64,000 nt of DNA, from the NCBI GenBank assembly GCA_040005235.1, contig JBDTZG010000021.1:1-64000 (forward strand), given 5' to 3'. Position 1 is the first letter of the stretch, and every line of letters begins with the position of its first letter. The notes beneath the pieces were generated by a model. The model did no database searches. It worked only from the letters and a program-made list of their open reading frames with translations, and was not told the origin of the DNA. The DNA comes from Acidobacteriota bacterium. GTDB lineage: Bacteria > Acidobacteriota > Thermoanaerobaculia > Multivoradales > UBA5704. The translations under genes and the position numbers were made by a program. This document shows, in pieces, positions 9,346-18,660 of the stretch.

Positions 9346-11787
9346 GTGGCCACGCGTTCATTTCTCCCCCTTCTTTTGAGCTCGGCACTGGCGCTTGCCT
9401 TCCAGGGCTTCCCGCTCGCAGCCCGGGCGGACCAAGGCCCCCGGCTCGTGTCCGAGGTTCAGCTTTCTCCGACGGAGAAAATAGCCACCATCACAGGGCT
9501 ACCAAGCCACCGCGCGAGCGGCCCCCTGTACGCAGAAGCCCCTCCCGCTCCGGAAGGCTTTGACCTTGAAGAGAACGAGGAGGACGAGCAGCTGGGGGCG
9601 CCCGTCCTTCAAGATGCGCTCTCCCTTCCGTCCGAGCAAAGGGTGGAAACCAAGAGCGCCCTCATCAATGATCAGATCCACGTGCCCGGCACGTTCGTCG
9701 TCCTGCGCAACACGACGATCACGCCGAACAATGGCCTCATCAGCAATGTCAACGAGCCCAACGTCGGAAGCCAGGGGGACGGGATCTTTACCAGCTTCAA
9801 TTGGTACGCCGCGGTTTCGACCAACAACGGCAGCTCGGTCTCCTATGTCAGCCCGTTTTCGACGTTTCCGAGCTCTCCCAGCGCTTTTTCCGCCGGCTTC
9901 TGTTGCGACCAGCGGGTGGCGCAGGACTCCTCCCGCAACCTGGTTTTCTGGTACATGCAGTACCTCAAGACCGGCAGCACGTCCACCAGCACGAACGGCG
10001 TGCGCCTGGCTTTGGCCCATGGGCAGGCGGGGCTCGGAGCCAATGCGTGGACGTACTACGATTTCACCCCTTCGCTTCTCGGGCTTCCTGCCGGGACCTG
10101 GCTCGATTCGCCGCACCTGCAGACGAGCGCAAACTACCTGTATTTCACCACCAATGTATTCAACGCGGCGGGCGACTCGTACTATGGCGCGTTGATCGTC
10201 CGGCTTTCTCTGGCCCAGCTCGACAGCGGAGCCCCCCTCACGTTGAACGTCTTCACCGTCGTGGGCTCGTACGGCAGCATCATGCCGGTCAACGGCGCGG
10301 GGGCAGAGGGTACCCGCCCCGGGCGGACGACCATGTACTTGGGTGCGGTCTATTCGACGACATCGATCCGAGTGCTCACCTGGCCCGAGTCGAGCACCTC
10401 GCCCACGGTCGACGCGGTCAGCGGCCTGGCCACCACGTTCAACTCCTTCTTTACCTGTTCGGGTCCGGACGGGCTGGACCCTTGCACTCGGGGCAACGTC
10501 CGGATGCAGACGGGATGGATCACCAACACGGAGCTGGGTCTCATGTGGAACTCGTCGCAAGACGACGAGGAAATCTCCCGGCCCTATCCATTTATTCGCA
10601 CGGTCCTGCTCAACCCGACGACGCTGGCCGTCCTGGCGCAGCCGGACATCTTCAGCTCGATCAGCGCCAGCCTCTATCCGGCGATGTCGGTGAATGAACG
10701 AGGACACCTGGGCGGCACCGTCGACTTCCTGGGCGGCGAGCGATTCCCGACCATCGTTGCCCTCATTCGAGACGATCTTTCCCCCGATCCGGCGACCAGC
10801 GGCTGGGAGGCCTACGGGATCGCCGCCAGCAACTTCGGGACTCCCGGGCGGTATGGCGACTACAACGGCGCGATGCCGCACGAAAAGTATCCGAAGACCT
10901 GGCTGGCCGTCGGCCACCGGCAGGTCGGAGGCAGCGCCAACGCCAACAGCGTGACCCACAACTATTGGTTCGGCCGCGAACGCGACAATCCGGCGCCCAC
11001 GGCCTGCACGAGCTTCGCGATCAGCCTGCCGGGAGCCAACCCCACGGCGGCTGGCGGCTCTCAAACCATCATGGTCGCCGGCTCGCCCGGTGGATGCGTG
11101 AGTAGCTGGTCGGCCACCGGCAACGGTTCCTGGCTCACGGTGTCTCCGGCCGGCAGCACGGGCTCGGACTTCGTCACGATCTCCTGGGCGCAAAACACCT
11201 CCCCGTCGAGCCGATCGGCCTCGGCAACGATTGCGGGCAGGAGTTTTCTCGTCAACCAGGCAGGTGCTCCGCCGGTCTGCTCGAGCTTCTCGATCAATCC
11301 GACCGGCGCCAACCCTTCCTCGGCCGGCGGCTCCGAATCCGTCACGATCACCGGCTCTCCCTCCGGGTGTTTGGGGGGCAACTGGTCGGCCGCCGGCAAC
11401 GGCTCTTGGATCACGGTGTCCGAAAGCGGCGGAACGGGGTCCGGCACCGTCACCGTTTTCTGGGCGGCCAACGGTATCCCGGAGAGCCGGTCGGGCTCGG
11501 CGACGATCGCGGGCAATAGCTTCGCCGTCAACCAGGCGGCCGGGGCCGGTCCTACTCTGCCGAAGGCTCCCGCCGACTTCGACGGCGACGGCATTTCCGA
11601 CTGGGTGGTCTACCGCAACGGAACCTGGCTCTATTTCGGTCCCTGCCTCCATCCTCTGAACGAAATAGGAGCCGTTTTGAATCCAGCTTGCAGCCGCTGC
11701 GTCGCGACGATCTGCGCCGCCGATTCCTACTGTTGTGCGACCGGCTGGGACAGCATCTGCGCCGGCGAAGTGAGCCTCTGTCAATGA
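9346..11787 (+). CDS. large secreted protein: N-terminal beta domain, two BACON-like domains, one FG-GAP-like motif, Cys-rich tail
   Basis: Signal peptide; duplicated W.A.GNGSW.TVS...R....TIAG..F.VNQAG units; PADFDGDGISD; ICAADSYCC...WDSIC tail. Confidence 0.85.
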   Translation: MATRSFLPLLLSSALALAFQGFPLAARADQGPRLVSEVQLSPTEKIATITGLPSHRASGPLYAEAPPAPEGFDLEENEEDEQLGAPVLQDALSLPSEQRVETKSALINDQIHVPGTFVVLRNTTITPNNGLISNVNEPNVGSQGDGIFTSFNWYAAVSTNNGSSVSYVSPFSTFPSSPSAFSAGFCCDQRVAQDSSRNLVFWYMQYLKTGSTSTSTNGVRLALAHGQAGLGANAWTYYDFTPSLLGLPAGTWLDSPHLQTSANYLYFTTNVFNAAGDSYYGALIVRLSLAQLDSGAPLTLNVFTVVGSYGSIMPVNGAGAEGTRPGRTTMYLGAVYSTTSIRVLTWPESSTSPTVDAVSGLATTFNSFFTCSGPDGLDPCTRGNVRMQTGWITNTELGLMWNSSQDDEEISRPYPFIRTVLLNPTTLAVLAQPDIFSSISASLYPAMSVNERGHLGGTVDFLGGERFPTIVALIRDDLSPDPATSGWEAYGIAASNFGTPGRYGDYNGAMPHEKYPKTWLAVGHRQVGGSANANSVTHNYWFGRERDNPAPTACTSFAISLPGANPTAAGGSQTIMVAGSPGGCVSSWSATGNGSWLTVSPAGSTGSDFVTISWAQNTSPSSRSASATIAGRSFLVNQAGAPPVCSSFSINPTGANPSSAGGSESVTITGSPSGCLGGNWSAAGNGSWITVSESGGTGSGTVTVFWAANGIPESRSGSATIAGNSFAVNQAAGAGPTLPKAPADFDGDGISDWVVYRNGTWLYFGPCLHPLNEIGAVLNPACSRCVATICAADSYCCATGWDSICAGEVSLCQ

Positions 11788-11837
11788 TAAGTCAAACGAA
11801 TGGCGCCCGCATCAACCCGGTTAGGAGAGGTGAGCTT

Positions 11838-12641
11838 ATGTTTCGGAAGCTGCAAGTTTCGATTGTCGCCCTGGCTATTTCCGCGGTCGCTTTCTCGCCG
11901 GCCGCGCTCTACGCCACCTTCCCGGTGTTCACGGGAGGCGACCCAAGCTGCATTCCCGCACCCGGGGATTACGACGGCGACGGGGACCTCGATTTCGCGC
12001 AGCTCTGCGGCGCGGCCTGGCACTTCTACAACCCGGACGGCTCCTACATCAAAGGCATTTTCGTTGGTGTCACGGGAGGAAAACCCGTCCCCGCGGACTA
12101 CAACGGCGACGGCAAGACCGACGTGGTGCTGTTCAACGGCGGGGCGTGGCACTTCTACGATTATTCGACGGGAGCCTACCTCGCGGCGTCCAGCGTCTTC
12201 GTCGGAGGAAACGGCCTTCCCGTCCCGATGGACTACGACGGCGACGGAACGGCGGACTTCACCCAATACGCCAACGGCGCCTGGCACTTCTACAACGACA
12301 ACGGCTCGTACAACCGGGGCCTCTGGCTGGGGAACACCCCGGGAAACGTCCCCGTGCCGTTCAACCGGGACATCGACCGGGCGGAAGAGGTCGTCCTATT
12401 CAACAACGGCGTCTACCACTTCTTCGACTTCGACACCCTGACCTACCAGGGAGGGGTGGCCCTGGGAACTTTCAGCCAACCGGTGCCCGCGCCGATCGAC
12501 CTCGACGGCGACGGCATCCTGGAGTTGGGAGTTTTCACCGCGGGCACTTGGCACTTTTACTCCAGGACAGGGGCCTATCTAGGAGGCGTCTCTACAGGGA
12601 ACGCCACCGACAAGCCGATTTCGCGGAGGCTGCTGCCGTAG
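11838..12641 (+). CDS. FG-GAP/VCBS-like repeat secreted protein
   Basis: Signal peptide; five P.P.DYDGDG..D.....GAWHFY repeats. Confidence 0.85.
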   Translation: MFRKLQVSIVALAISAVAFSPAALYATFPVFTGGDPSCIPAPGDYDGDGDLDFAQLCGAAWHFYNPDGSYIKGIFVGVTGGKPVPADYNGDGKTDVVLFNGGAWHFYDYSTGAYLAASSVFVGGNGLPVPMDYDGDGTADFTQYANGAWHFYNDNGSYNRGLWLGNTPGNVPVPFNRDIDRAEEVVLFNNGVYHFFDFDTLTYQGGVALGTFSQPVPAPIDLDGDGILELGVFTAGTWHFYSRTGAYLGGVSTGNATDKPISRRLLP

Positions 12642-12722
12642 GGATCACAGGGCGGGGCAGAATCCTGCTCCGCCTTCGTCGAAGTCTCCCCCGAAGTCCC
12701 AATCCTCGCGAACCCCTACGCG

Positions 12723-13320
12723 AAACCACGCAGGGATGGCAGTGAAACCACGCGGATCGGAGGGCCGAACCACGCTAAATGAGGTTGAAACCACGCAAAA
12801 TGCCCAAAAGGGGCCGGAATGGCCCACCAAACCACTCAGAAAATCATTGGGGCCACACAGAAATTCACTCGAGCCACGCAGTCGACCCGCCGAGCCACGC
12901 AGCCAACGGTTCGAGCCATGCAAATCAAGGGTGGAGTCACTGAGAAAATCACCGCGGCGAACCGAAAGTTCGGTCGAATCACCGACGAAGAGGGTCAACT
13001 GTATGACTTGGACGATTTTCTGGGTGACTTGAGGGGATTCGTAGGTGGCCTCACCCAATTTCTGGGTGGCGCGAGCGAATTCCTGTGTGGCTTCAGCGAT
13101 TTTCTCAGTGGCTTCAATGATTTTCTCGGTGGTTCCAGCGAATTTCTCAGTGGCTTCGGCGTTCCGGGCGGCCGCTTGAGCGTTCTTCTCGGTGACTTCA
13201 CCCTTCGGCTCGTCGGCTCCAGCGATTTTCCGCCTGGCTTAAACCCTCATGCGGATCAACTCGGCGCTTTCCTCGGCGGCAGGAGCACGCTATTCGGCGG
13301 CTTCGGGGATTTTCTCGCAG
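12723..13320. repeat. degenerate 21-bp-period tandem array in two inverted arms
   Basis: CCAC-like cores at 12832, 12853, 12874, 12895, 12916, 12937, 12979; GTGG-like cores at 13024, 13045, 13066, 13087, 13108, 13129, 13150, 13192; the arms are imperfect reverse complements. Confidence 0.85.
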
Positions 13321-13799
13321 AGCTTACGGTAGCGGAGACGGAATCGACCGCTTTCGCTATCCACCGGAGCGAGGACGCCGTCCTCGATCAGCAGCTTGAG
13401 GTTGCGCCGCGCGGCGCCGCGATCCAACGGGTGGCCGAGCGCGCGGTTGAGATCCTCATGATCAAAGACCTCGGGCAGATCTTCGTAGACCCGTTCGATG
13501 TCCTCGATCACGCCCCAGGCGCCGCGCCGCGGAGGCCCGGCCGGAAGCTCCGCGGGTACCACCGGCGCGGCCACGTTCCCCGCCGCGGCGGAACCGTCCC
13601 CCAGAAACCGAGTCGGCGCGGCAAACGCCAGACCCTCGATCTGCGGCAGCAACGGCACGCCCCCTGCGCCGGAAGCCAGCCACACCAAATCCAGCGCCCG
13701 GATCTGCGCCAGCCGCGCCGCGTCGGAAAGCGCGATCGTCGTCTGATGCTGCTCGTCGATTCGCCGCCGGTGCTCCTCGTACTGTTCGCGGGTCAACAT
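13290..13799 (-). CDS. hypothetical protein with a probable C-terminal winged-helix domain
   Basis: N-terminal helix MLTREQYEEHRRRIDEQ; C-terminal LPEVFD..DL..ALG...DR.A.RRNL..L..DG.L wHTH-like pattern. Confidence 0.65.
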   Translation of the reverse strand: MLTREQYEEHRRRIDEQHQTTIALSDAARLAQIRALDLVWLASGAGGVPLLPQIEGLAFAAPTRFLGDGSAAAGNVAAPVVPAELPAGPPRRGAWGVIEDIERVYEDLPEVFDHEDLNRALGHPLDRGAARRNLKLLIEDGVLAPVDSESGRFRLRYRKLCEKIPEAAE

Positions 13800-14018
13800 T
13801 GACGGCGGATTGCAGCACAAAGCGCCGAGCGGCGGCAAATCACCTCTCTGACGAGTCTGCCGATGGTTCGAATACCCAATCAGGATCGCCGACTGTCCCT
13901 TCCGAGAAAGCCCGCGCACATAGTTAAGTAGGAATGCCGTGATTCCTGGATCGACCGTTCTCGTCTACGAGCCTCGGCGCATTTCCGTGCCAAGGTCCCC
14001 TGGAATGGAGGTACACCC

Positions 14019-14531
14019 ATGCGCTTTGCAATTCGCTGGATCACCGCCCTGACTCTTCTCTGCTTCCCTCTCTCGCTCTCTGCGCAGATCCCGGCCTGGA
14101 CCGCCGTCGCCTCGGACGGCTCGGTCGACGAGGCCAATTACACGCCCGCTGTGAACTTCGCCTTCACCGGAGCGTCCCTGGGCTTTCTCGGTGCCTCGAT
14201 CAACCCTTCGATCGTGGCCCACTACAACGTGACCAATATCCCCGGCGTCCCCAATCCCGCCTGGACAACTCTGGAGCTGGGGGCGATCGATACCTCGGCC
14301 GTCCTGAACAACCAGGTCTCGGCGACCTTGATCCGCGTCACCCGCTGCACGGGAGCACAGCTGGCGATTTGCACCGCGACCAGTGTCACCACCACCGTGG
14401 GCGTCTGCACGCCCTGCACTTTTCCGCCGAACACCTTCGACTTCAACCAGTTCCTCTACTACGTGGAAGTGAGGATCAGTCGTACCGCCTCGACCGTCAC
14501 CGAGCAGGCCACGACGCTACGGATCTTCTAG
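14019..14531 (+). CDS. secreted beta-rich hypothetical protein (170 aa)
   Basis: RBS GGAGG, signal peptide, four Cys in the mature region, coding-like codon bias. Confidence 0.8.
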   Translation: MRFAIRWITALTLLCFPLSLSAQIPAWTAVASDGSVDEANYTPAVNFAFTGASLGFLGASINPSIVAHYNVTNIPGVPNPAWTTLELGAIDTSAVLNNQVSATLIRVTRCTGAQLAICTATSVTTTVGVCTPCTFPPNTFDFNQFLYYVEVRISRTASTVTEQATTLRIF

Positions 14532-14782
14532 AGTCGGCTCTGGGTGGGGCGTTTGCTCGGAATCGGCGCCAGGCGACCGCCAAGCCGGGCCGTCCCACCC
14601 AAGTCCTCGGATTCTGCGATTGATCTCCCGAGCCCATGAGAGGGTGCGGCTGGCCATGTTCAATTTCAACATCCTCGTTTCCTGGGAACAGAACAACACT
14701 CCGTTTAGCCGATCTTCGCTCTGAGTACGGCGTCGTTGCGTGCCGAGATTGAGAGATTCAGAACGGCACGTTGGAGTACACT

Positions 14783-15025
14783 ATGAGTATGGCTACGACG
14801 CTTACCCTGTCCATCCCCACGGACGAAAAGCTGCACGAGGCCCTCCAGGCGCGGGCGTTGCTGCAAGGCAAGACCGTCCCGGATCTGGTGCAGGAAATCC
14901 TCAGCGAAGCATTGCAGGAGCGCTCGCTGGGGGAGCGAATCGGGCATCTTCGAGGGCAGCTTCTGCTCCAGCAGGATTCCGATCCCTGGCGCGAGCACCT
15001 TCGGAAGAGTAACTTTCGTCCTTGA
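14783..15025 (+). CDS. orphan RHH-type antitoxin-like protein
   Basis: TLTLSIP.DEKL.EAL..RA...GKTV.DLV.EIL ribbon-helix-helix pattern; no toxin follows. Confidence 0.6.
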   Translation: MSMATTLTLSIPTDEKLHEALQARALLQGKTVPDLVQEILSEALQERSLGERIGHLRGQLLLQQDSDPWREHLRKSNFRP

Positions 15026-15107
15026 GAGCCTGGATCCTCCCTCGGCCGGGTCGGCTACTTCATCTACTATAAGGTTGAAGATGACACTCTCCCCGCCATG
15101 GAGACCG

Positions 15108-15761
15108 ATGAAGATCCTCAACGACCTTCTGAAAACGGATGAATCTGCGATCACGCTCGTACGGGAGTGGGTCGCCGAAGCGGAGGTTCAGTGCGAGATC
15201 CTGCCGCCCGGCGAGAACCGGGCCGACATTTTGGTCGCGCTTCAGATCACAACTCGGGCTCCCCTCGGCGCGCTCGCCTACGAAACCGGAGGAGTGCTCA
15301 TTGATCACGGCTGGTTACGATGTCTCGGCTCCGGCCATCCACGTTTGCCGCGCGATCTCCATTCTTGGAACGCCGGCCGTAGCGACGGCTTCTTGCTGGT
15401 CGCCGACGATGTTGTGGGAGGGTTTTTCGCCCTCAATGGCGGCGCTCTAGGACCCGATCTTGGACAGCTCTACTACTGGCCTCCGGCCGACCTCGATTGG
15501 ACCGCGCTCGACATGGGTTTCACAGAGTTCTTTCAATTTTGCCTTTCCGGCCGACTCGCGGCGTTCTACGAGAGTCTGCGGTGGCCCGGCTGGGACCGCG
15601 ATACGGCCACCCTCGCCGGGCACGCCTGTTTCGGTTTCTATCCGTTCCTCTGGACCCGCGAGGGTTCGAAGGAGGGCAGCCATCGAGCTGCACTGCCCGT
15701 CGCGGAGGTGTTCGATCTCAAGGTGGATTTGGTGAGGCAGCTCGGCGCAGAGGGGGCCTGA
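15108..15761 (+). CDS. DUF2625 (YbfG-like) family protein
   Basis: LQITTR.PLGA.AYETGG.LID.GWLR.LGSG, LVADDV.GGFFALNGG. Confidence 0.85.
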   Translation: MKILNDLLKTDESAITLVREWVAEAEVQCEILPPGENRADILVALQITTRAPLGALAYETGGVLIDHGWLRCLGSGHPRLPRDLHSWNAGRSDGFLLVADDVVGGFFALNGGALGPDLGQLYYWPPADLDWTALDMGFTEFFQFCLSGRLAAFYESLRWPGWDRDTATLAGHACFGFYPFLWTREGSKEGSHRAALPVAEVFDLKVDLVRQLGAEGA

Positions 15762-16098
15762 ATTCAGCTCCTACGGCGCAGGCCTTCAAAGCGCCTAAAG
15801 GAGCTGGGGTCGAGATGCCGTTCGAGACCTTCCAACTCGTTCCGGTCGCCCAATTCAGGCACCTAGGAGACGATCGAGGGAACCCGGATCGCACCTGAGA
15901 GAGAGAGAGCTGCGCCACCTCGGAGAAGAGTTCGGCGGCCGGCGGTTCGCGGAAGCCGAGATCGTGGTTGTACGAGAACATCGCGCGGCGGTAGGCCGCT
16001 GCAACGGCAACAGAGCGGCGCTGCGCCCCATGCTATGTTGTGAAGCCCTGCCGGGGCCTCGGCACTGGTGCCATCTCCCTTAAGGAGGAGAAATTCGG

Positions 16099-16533
16099 AT
16101 GAGATTGTCTGCGAGCGCCGGCCTTGTGATCGCAATCGGACTGCTGGGTTTGCCGTCGCTGGCGGAAGCCGCGGATCCCGCCTCGAATATGCCTTCGAAT
16201 ACGGTGAGGCCGCAGCCGGTCCTGCGGGAAGTCGTCAAGGGCATGCCGAAGGGGGAATCTCAGGAGGTGAGCGTCTTCACGGCGAGCTTCCAGCCGGGCG
16301 ACAAGACGATGTTTCATACACACCGATTTCCGGTGACCGTCTACATCCTGGAAGGCGCATTCACGCTGGAGTTGGAAGGGCGCGAGCCCGTGACGGTCAA
16401 AGCAGGGGAGGCGCTGGTGGAGCCGCCGGGCGTGCAGATGACCGGTTATAACAGGAGCGCCACCGAGCCGTTGCGGCTGGTGATTTTCTATACCGGCGAT
16501 CCGGGCACGCCGTTTCTCGACCTCGTCCACTGA
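16099..16533 (+). CDS. secreted cupin-domain protein
   Basis: Signal peptide; HTH.FP...YILEG cupin motif; RBS AAGGAGG. Confidence 0.85.
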   Translation: MRLSASAGLVIAIGLLGLPSLAEAADPASNMPSNTVRPQPVLREVVKGMPKGESQEVSVFTASFQPGDKTMFHTHRFPVTVYILEGAFTLELEGREPVTVKAGEALVEPPGVQMTGYNRSATEPLRLVIFYTGDPGTPFLDLVH

Positions 16534-16756
16534 CCGGCGCGGTCCTCGCACCTACTCGGGGCCGAAGGCTGCGAGCAATATTCATCTCCCGGGTGAACCG
16601 CCACCGATTGCGCTAGAGGTTGTCGCACGAGGGGCGGGACCAGCGCCTGATCCCGGCCGTTGGATCTCTCGCGCCAGTGCCTCCGGGTATAATCCGGCCC
16701 TGGCGGTCGGGCCCATTTCGCGCGAGAGGCATGCACAGGAACTCTAGGAGTTGCAG

Positions 16757-16966
16757 ATGACGAGAGTCGAAGCCATCGAAAATGAGATCCAGATGCTAAG
16801 CCGGGAGGAGTTTGTCGAGTTGCGAGATTGGCTGGTCGAAGAGAACTGGGCCGGATGGGACCGGCAGATCGAAGAAGACGCGGCGGCCGGGAGGCTTGAG
16901 AAACTCGATCAGCTCTTTGAAACGGCCTTGGCCGACCATCAGGCAGGCAAGAGCCAGGAGCTTTGA
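16757..16966 (+). CDS. putative antitoxin (small helical protein)
   Basis: VEAIE.EI..LS.EE...LRDW......WDRQIEEDAAAGRL..L pattern typical of antitoxins upstream of ParE-like toxins. Confidence 0.75.
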   Translation: MTRVEAIENEIQMLSREEFVELRDWLVEENWAGWDRQIEEDAAAGRLEKLDQLFETALADHQAGKSQEL

Positions 16967-17005
16967 GGCACTTCACGAGCCCGGGGTTCTGGGAGCTTTT
17001 CGCGA
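16963..17005 (+). pseudogene. N-terminal remnant of a ParE/RelE-like toxin
   Basis: TTG start overlapping the antitoxin stop; reads MRHFTSPGFWELFA, after which the family-like sequence is lost. Confidence 0.55.
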
Positions 17006-17042
17006 ACGCGGTAGAATGCTCCCTATTCTACAGGCGAGCAGA

Positions 17043-17423
17043 TCATGCTCCGGGTTCCGCTTGGTGCAACCATCCGCGGTCCTGTGCGGCGGCCGTCAAC
17101 TGCTTCGATTTCTTTTTAATCTGCCCTTCTTCGGATCCGGAAAAATCAATGAAGGCATGCTCCGGAAAGGGGGTTGGATCTGCCTGGACGGCTAGGTCGA
17201 GGCGAAGGCACTCACTTCGAGTCACGGCCAAGACCCCTACCGAGGCGTACCCTAAGCCTTCGGTAAAGTGGCGCCATGAATCCGCGGCGCTGATTTGATC
17301 ACCATCGTAGACCGATAGGCGCTTCTGATCCTTTGGAGTAGGGCGAAACACCTGCGAGGTCACACGGTTGAGTTGGACCCATGACGGATGGACTTGGCGC
17401 AAAAGCAGGGTCTCGTTCTTCAT
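17043..17423 (-). CDS. putative ADP-ribosyltransferase-fold protein
   Basis: LLRQVH...SQVFRP...LSV...EHAFI (R-S-H pattern); ATGA coupling with the upstream gene. Confidence 0.6.
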   Translation of the reverse strand: MKNETLLLRQVHPSWVQLNRVTSQVFRPTPKDQKRLSVYDGDQISAADSWRHFTEGLGYASVGVLAVTRSECLRLDLAVQADPTPFPEHAFIDFSGSEEGQIKKKSKQLTAAAQDRGWLHQAEPGA

Positions 17424-18547
17424 GCGGTCCCGCCCGGGATCCGGCGGAGCCTATCGGCGAGCCACTTCCATCCGTCGGGCTTATCAAGCGGCAGGTCTCT
17501 CTGTTCCTCCGCCTCCGTTTTCAGTTCGAGCTCGTGCCATTCGCCCTTGCGTCCGGCGAGGTCAATCTCCAATGTGATCTCGAACGGTGGAAGAGACCAT
17601 TCGGCCTGTACCCCGCCCTCGGCAACCGGGTAAAGGTAGGGCAGTCGAAGATCATCCGGGAAATGCTCCGAGAATGCCTGCGAAAGCCAGTCGAGCCCTC
17701 CGAGACTCGGAGCAGTGCCCTTTCCATTGAGCCAGCCGTCCTTTAGGATTCGGAGCTGGTCCAGCCGAGCGGGCACATCCAGCGGATCGAGGAGGGTTAC
17801 ATGCTCGACGGACTCAAAACTCTGGAGGTTCGCGCCTCGGCTGAAGTTGCCGACACCCTGGACCAGTACCCGCGAGCCGTTCTTGTAGCCGATGAAAGCT
17901 TCCAGGACGGCTTCAAGTGTCTGGGGCTCGAGCGGCGCCTTTATCTTTCGGCCGTCAACCAACTGAATCTCAAAGGTCTTGTCATCCTGGTCTGCTTCAG
18001 GAATAAGCCCGCGAATGGCAGTTTCTTCCGTAAGACTCACGGTTGAGGCCGGAGCGAATACGAGCTTCCTCCGGGTCTCTCTGGTCAGCCGGGCAGGAGC
18101 TGGCTGGAGGGGCGTCGTGAATTCCATCGCTTCACCATCGCGTAGGCTTCGTCCAATCCGATCAAAATAGCTTAGAGCTTTGTCGGGCAGATGAGCTCCA
18201 ATCGCTTTGTTCTGCTCGGCCGCACCGATGGCACCGACGATCGCTTCCCTGGCCTCTTCGAAGTAGTGCTGGCTGTCCGGCGGGAAGAGGAGGGATGATG
18301 CCAGAAAGAGGCTGATGACCGGTACGGCGCTCCCTTCCTCCACTCCAGTCAGCTTGAGCTCGATGCCCTCGGTGAACCTTCTTGGCGAACGTCGCCTCTC
18401 GGGGTGTGCGCATAGGAACTTCCACTTGGCAACCTCAATGACCATCTCCTCAATAACCGCCAAGTCCTTGAGAACTTCAAGTGGAATCGCGCGATTCTCA
18501 AAGCGAGGCCCTATCAACCGAGGACGCAGGAAAGGAATCTCCGTCAT
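17420..18547 (-). CDS. hypothetical multidomain protein with an antitoxin-like C-terminal domain
   Basis: 375 aa; atypical codon usage; C-terminal RL..L..L.DGW..G.G..P...P.LYP..EGGVQAEW. Confidence 0.7.
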   Translation of the reverse strand: MTEIPFLRPRLIGPRFENRAIPLEVLKDLAVIEEMVIEVAKWKFLCAHPERRRSPRRFTEGIELKLTGVEEGSAVPVISLFLASSLLFPPDSQHYFEEAREAIVGAIGAAEQNKAIGAHLPDKALSYFDRIGRSLRDGEAMEFTTPLQPAPARLTRETRRKLVFAPASTVSLTEETAIRGLIPEADQDDKTFEIQLVDGRKIKAPLEPQTLEAVLEAFIGYKNGSRVLVQGVGNFSRGANLQSFESVEHVTLLDPLDVPARLDQLRILKDGWLNGKGTAPSLGGLDWLSQAFSEHFPDDLRLPYLYPVAEGGVQAEWSLPPFEITLEIDLAGRKGEWHELELKTEAEEQRDLPLDKPDGWKWLADRLRRIPGGTA

Positions 18548-18660
18548 CGGGCTATCTCTCGGGAAAAGCCGGGCGGAGCGGGCATTGAACGGTTTCGAGA
18601 TACAGGGTTTTCACAGACGAAATCTACCATGGGCTCTCCTGTTTGCGTCGGAAGCCGCCC

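Noticed and set aside
12723-13320. CRISPR array
   Set aside because: Period is 21 nt, units are degenerate, there are no unique 30-40 nt spacers and no cas genes.
12819-13802. 327-aa + strand ORF
   Set aside because: Formed by the repeat array plus the antisense of 13290-13799; no independent coding evidence.
7642-14303. Diversity-generating retroelement TR/VR pair
   Set aside because: Differences between the copies are mostly synonymous and not adenine-specific; no reverse transcriptase in the window.
15718-16098. Short ORF MFSYNHDLGF... and a (GA)n tract near 15898-15909
   Set aside because: No recognisable family or RBS; possibly gene debris; phase variation is unsupported.
6780-18600. 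Prophage or integrative element
   Set aside because: No integrase, transposase, structural genes, tRNA target or att repeats recognised; treated as an accretion island.
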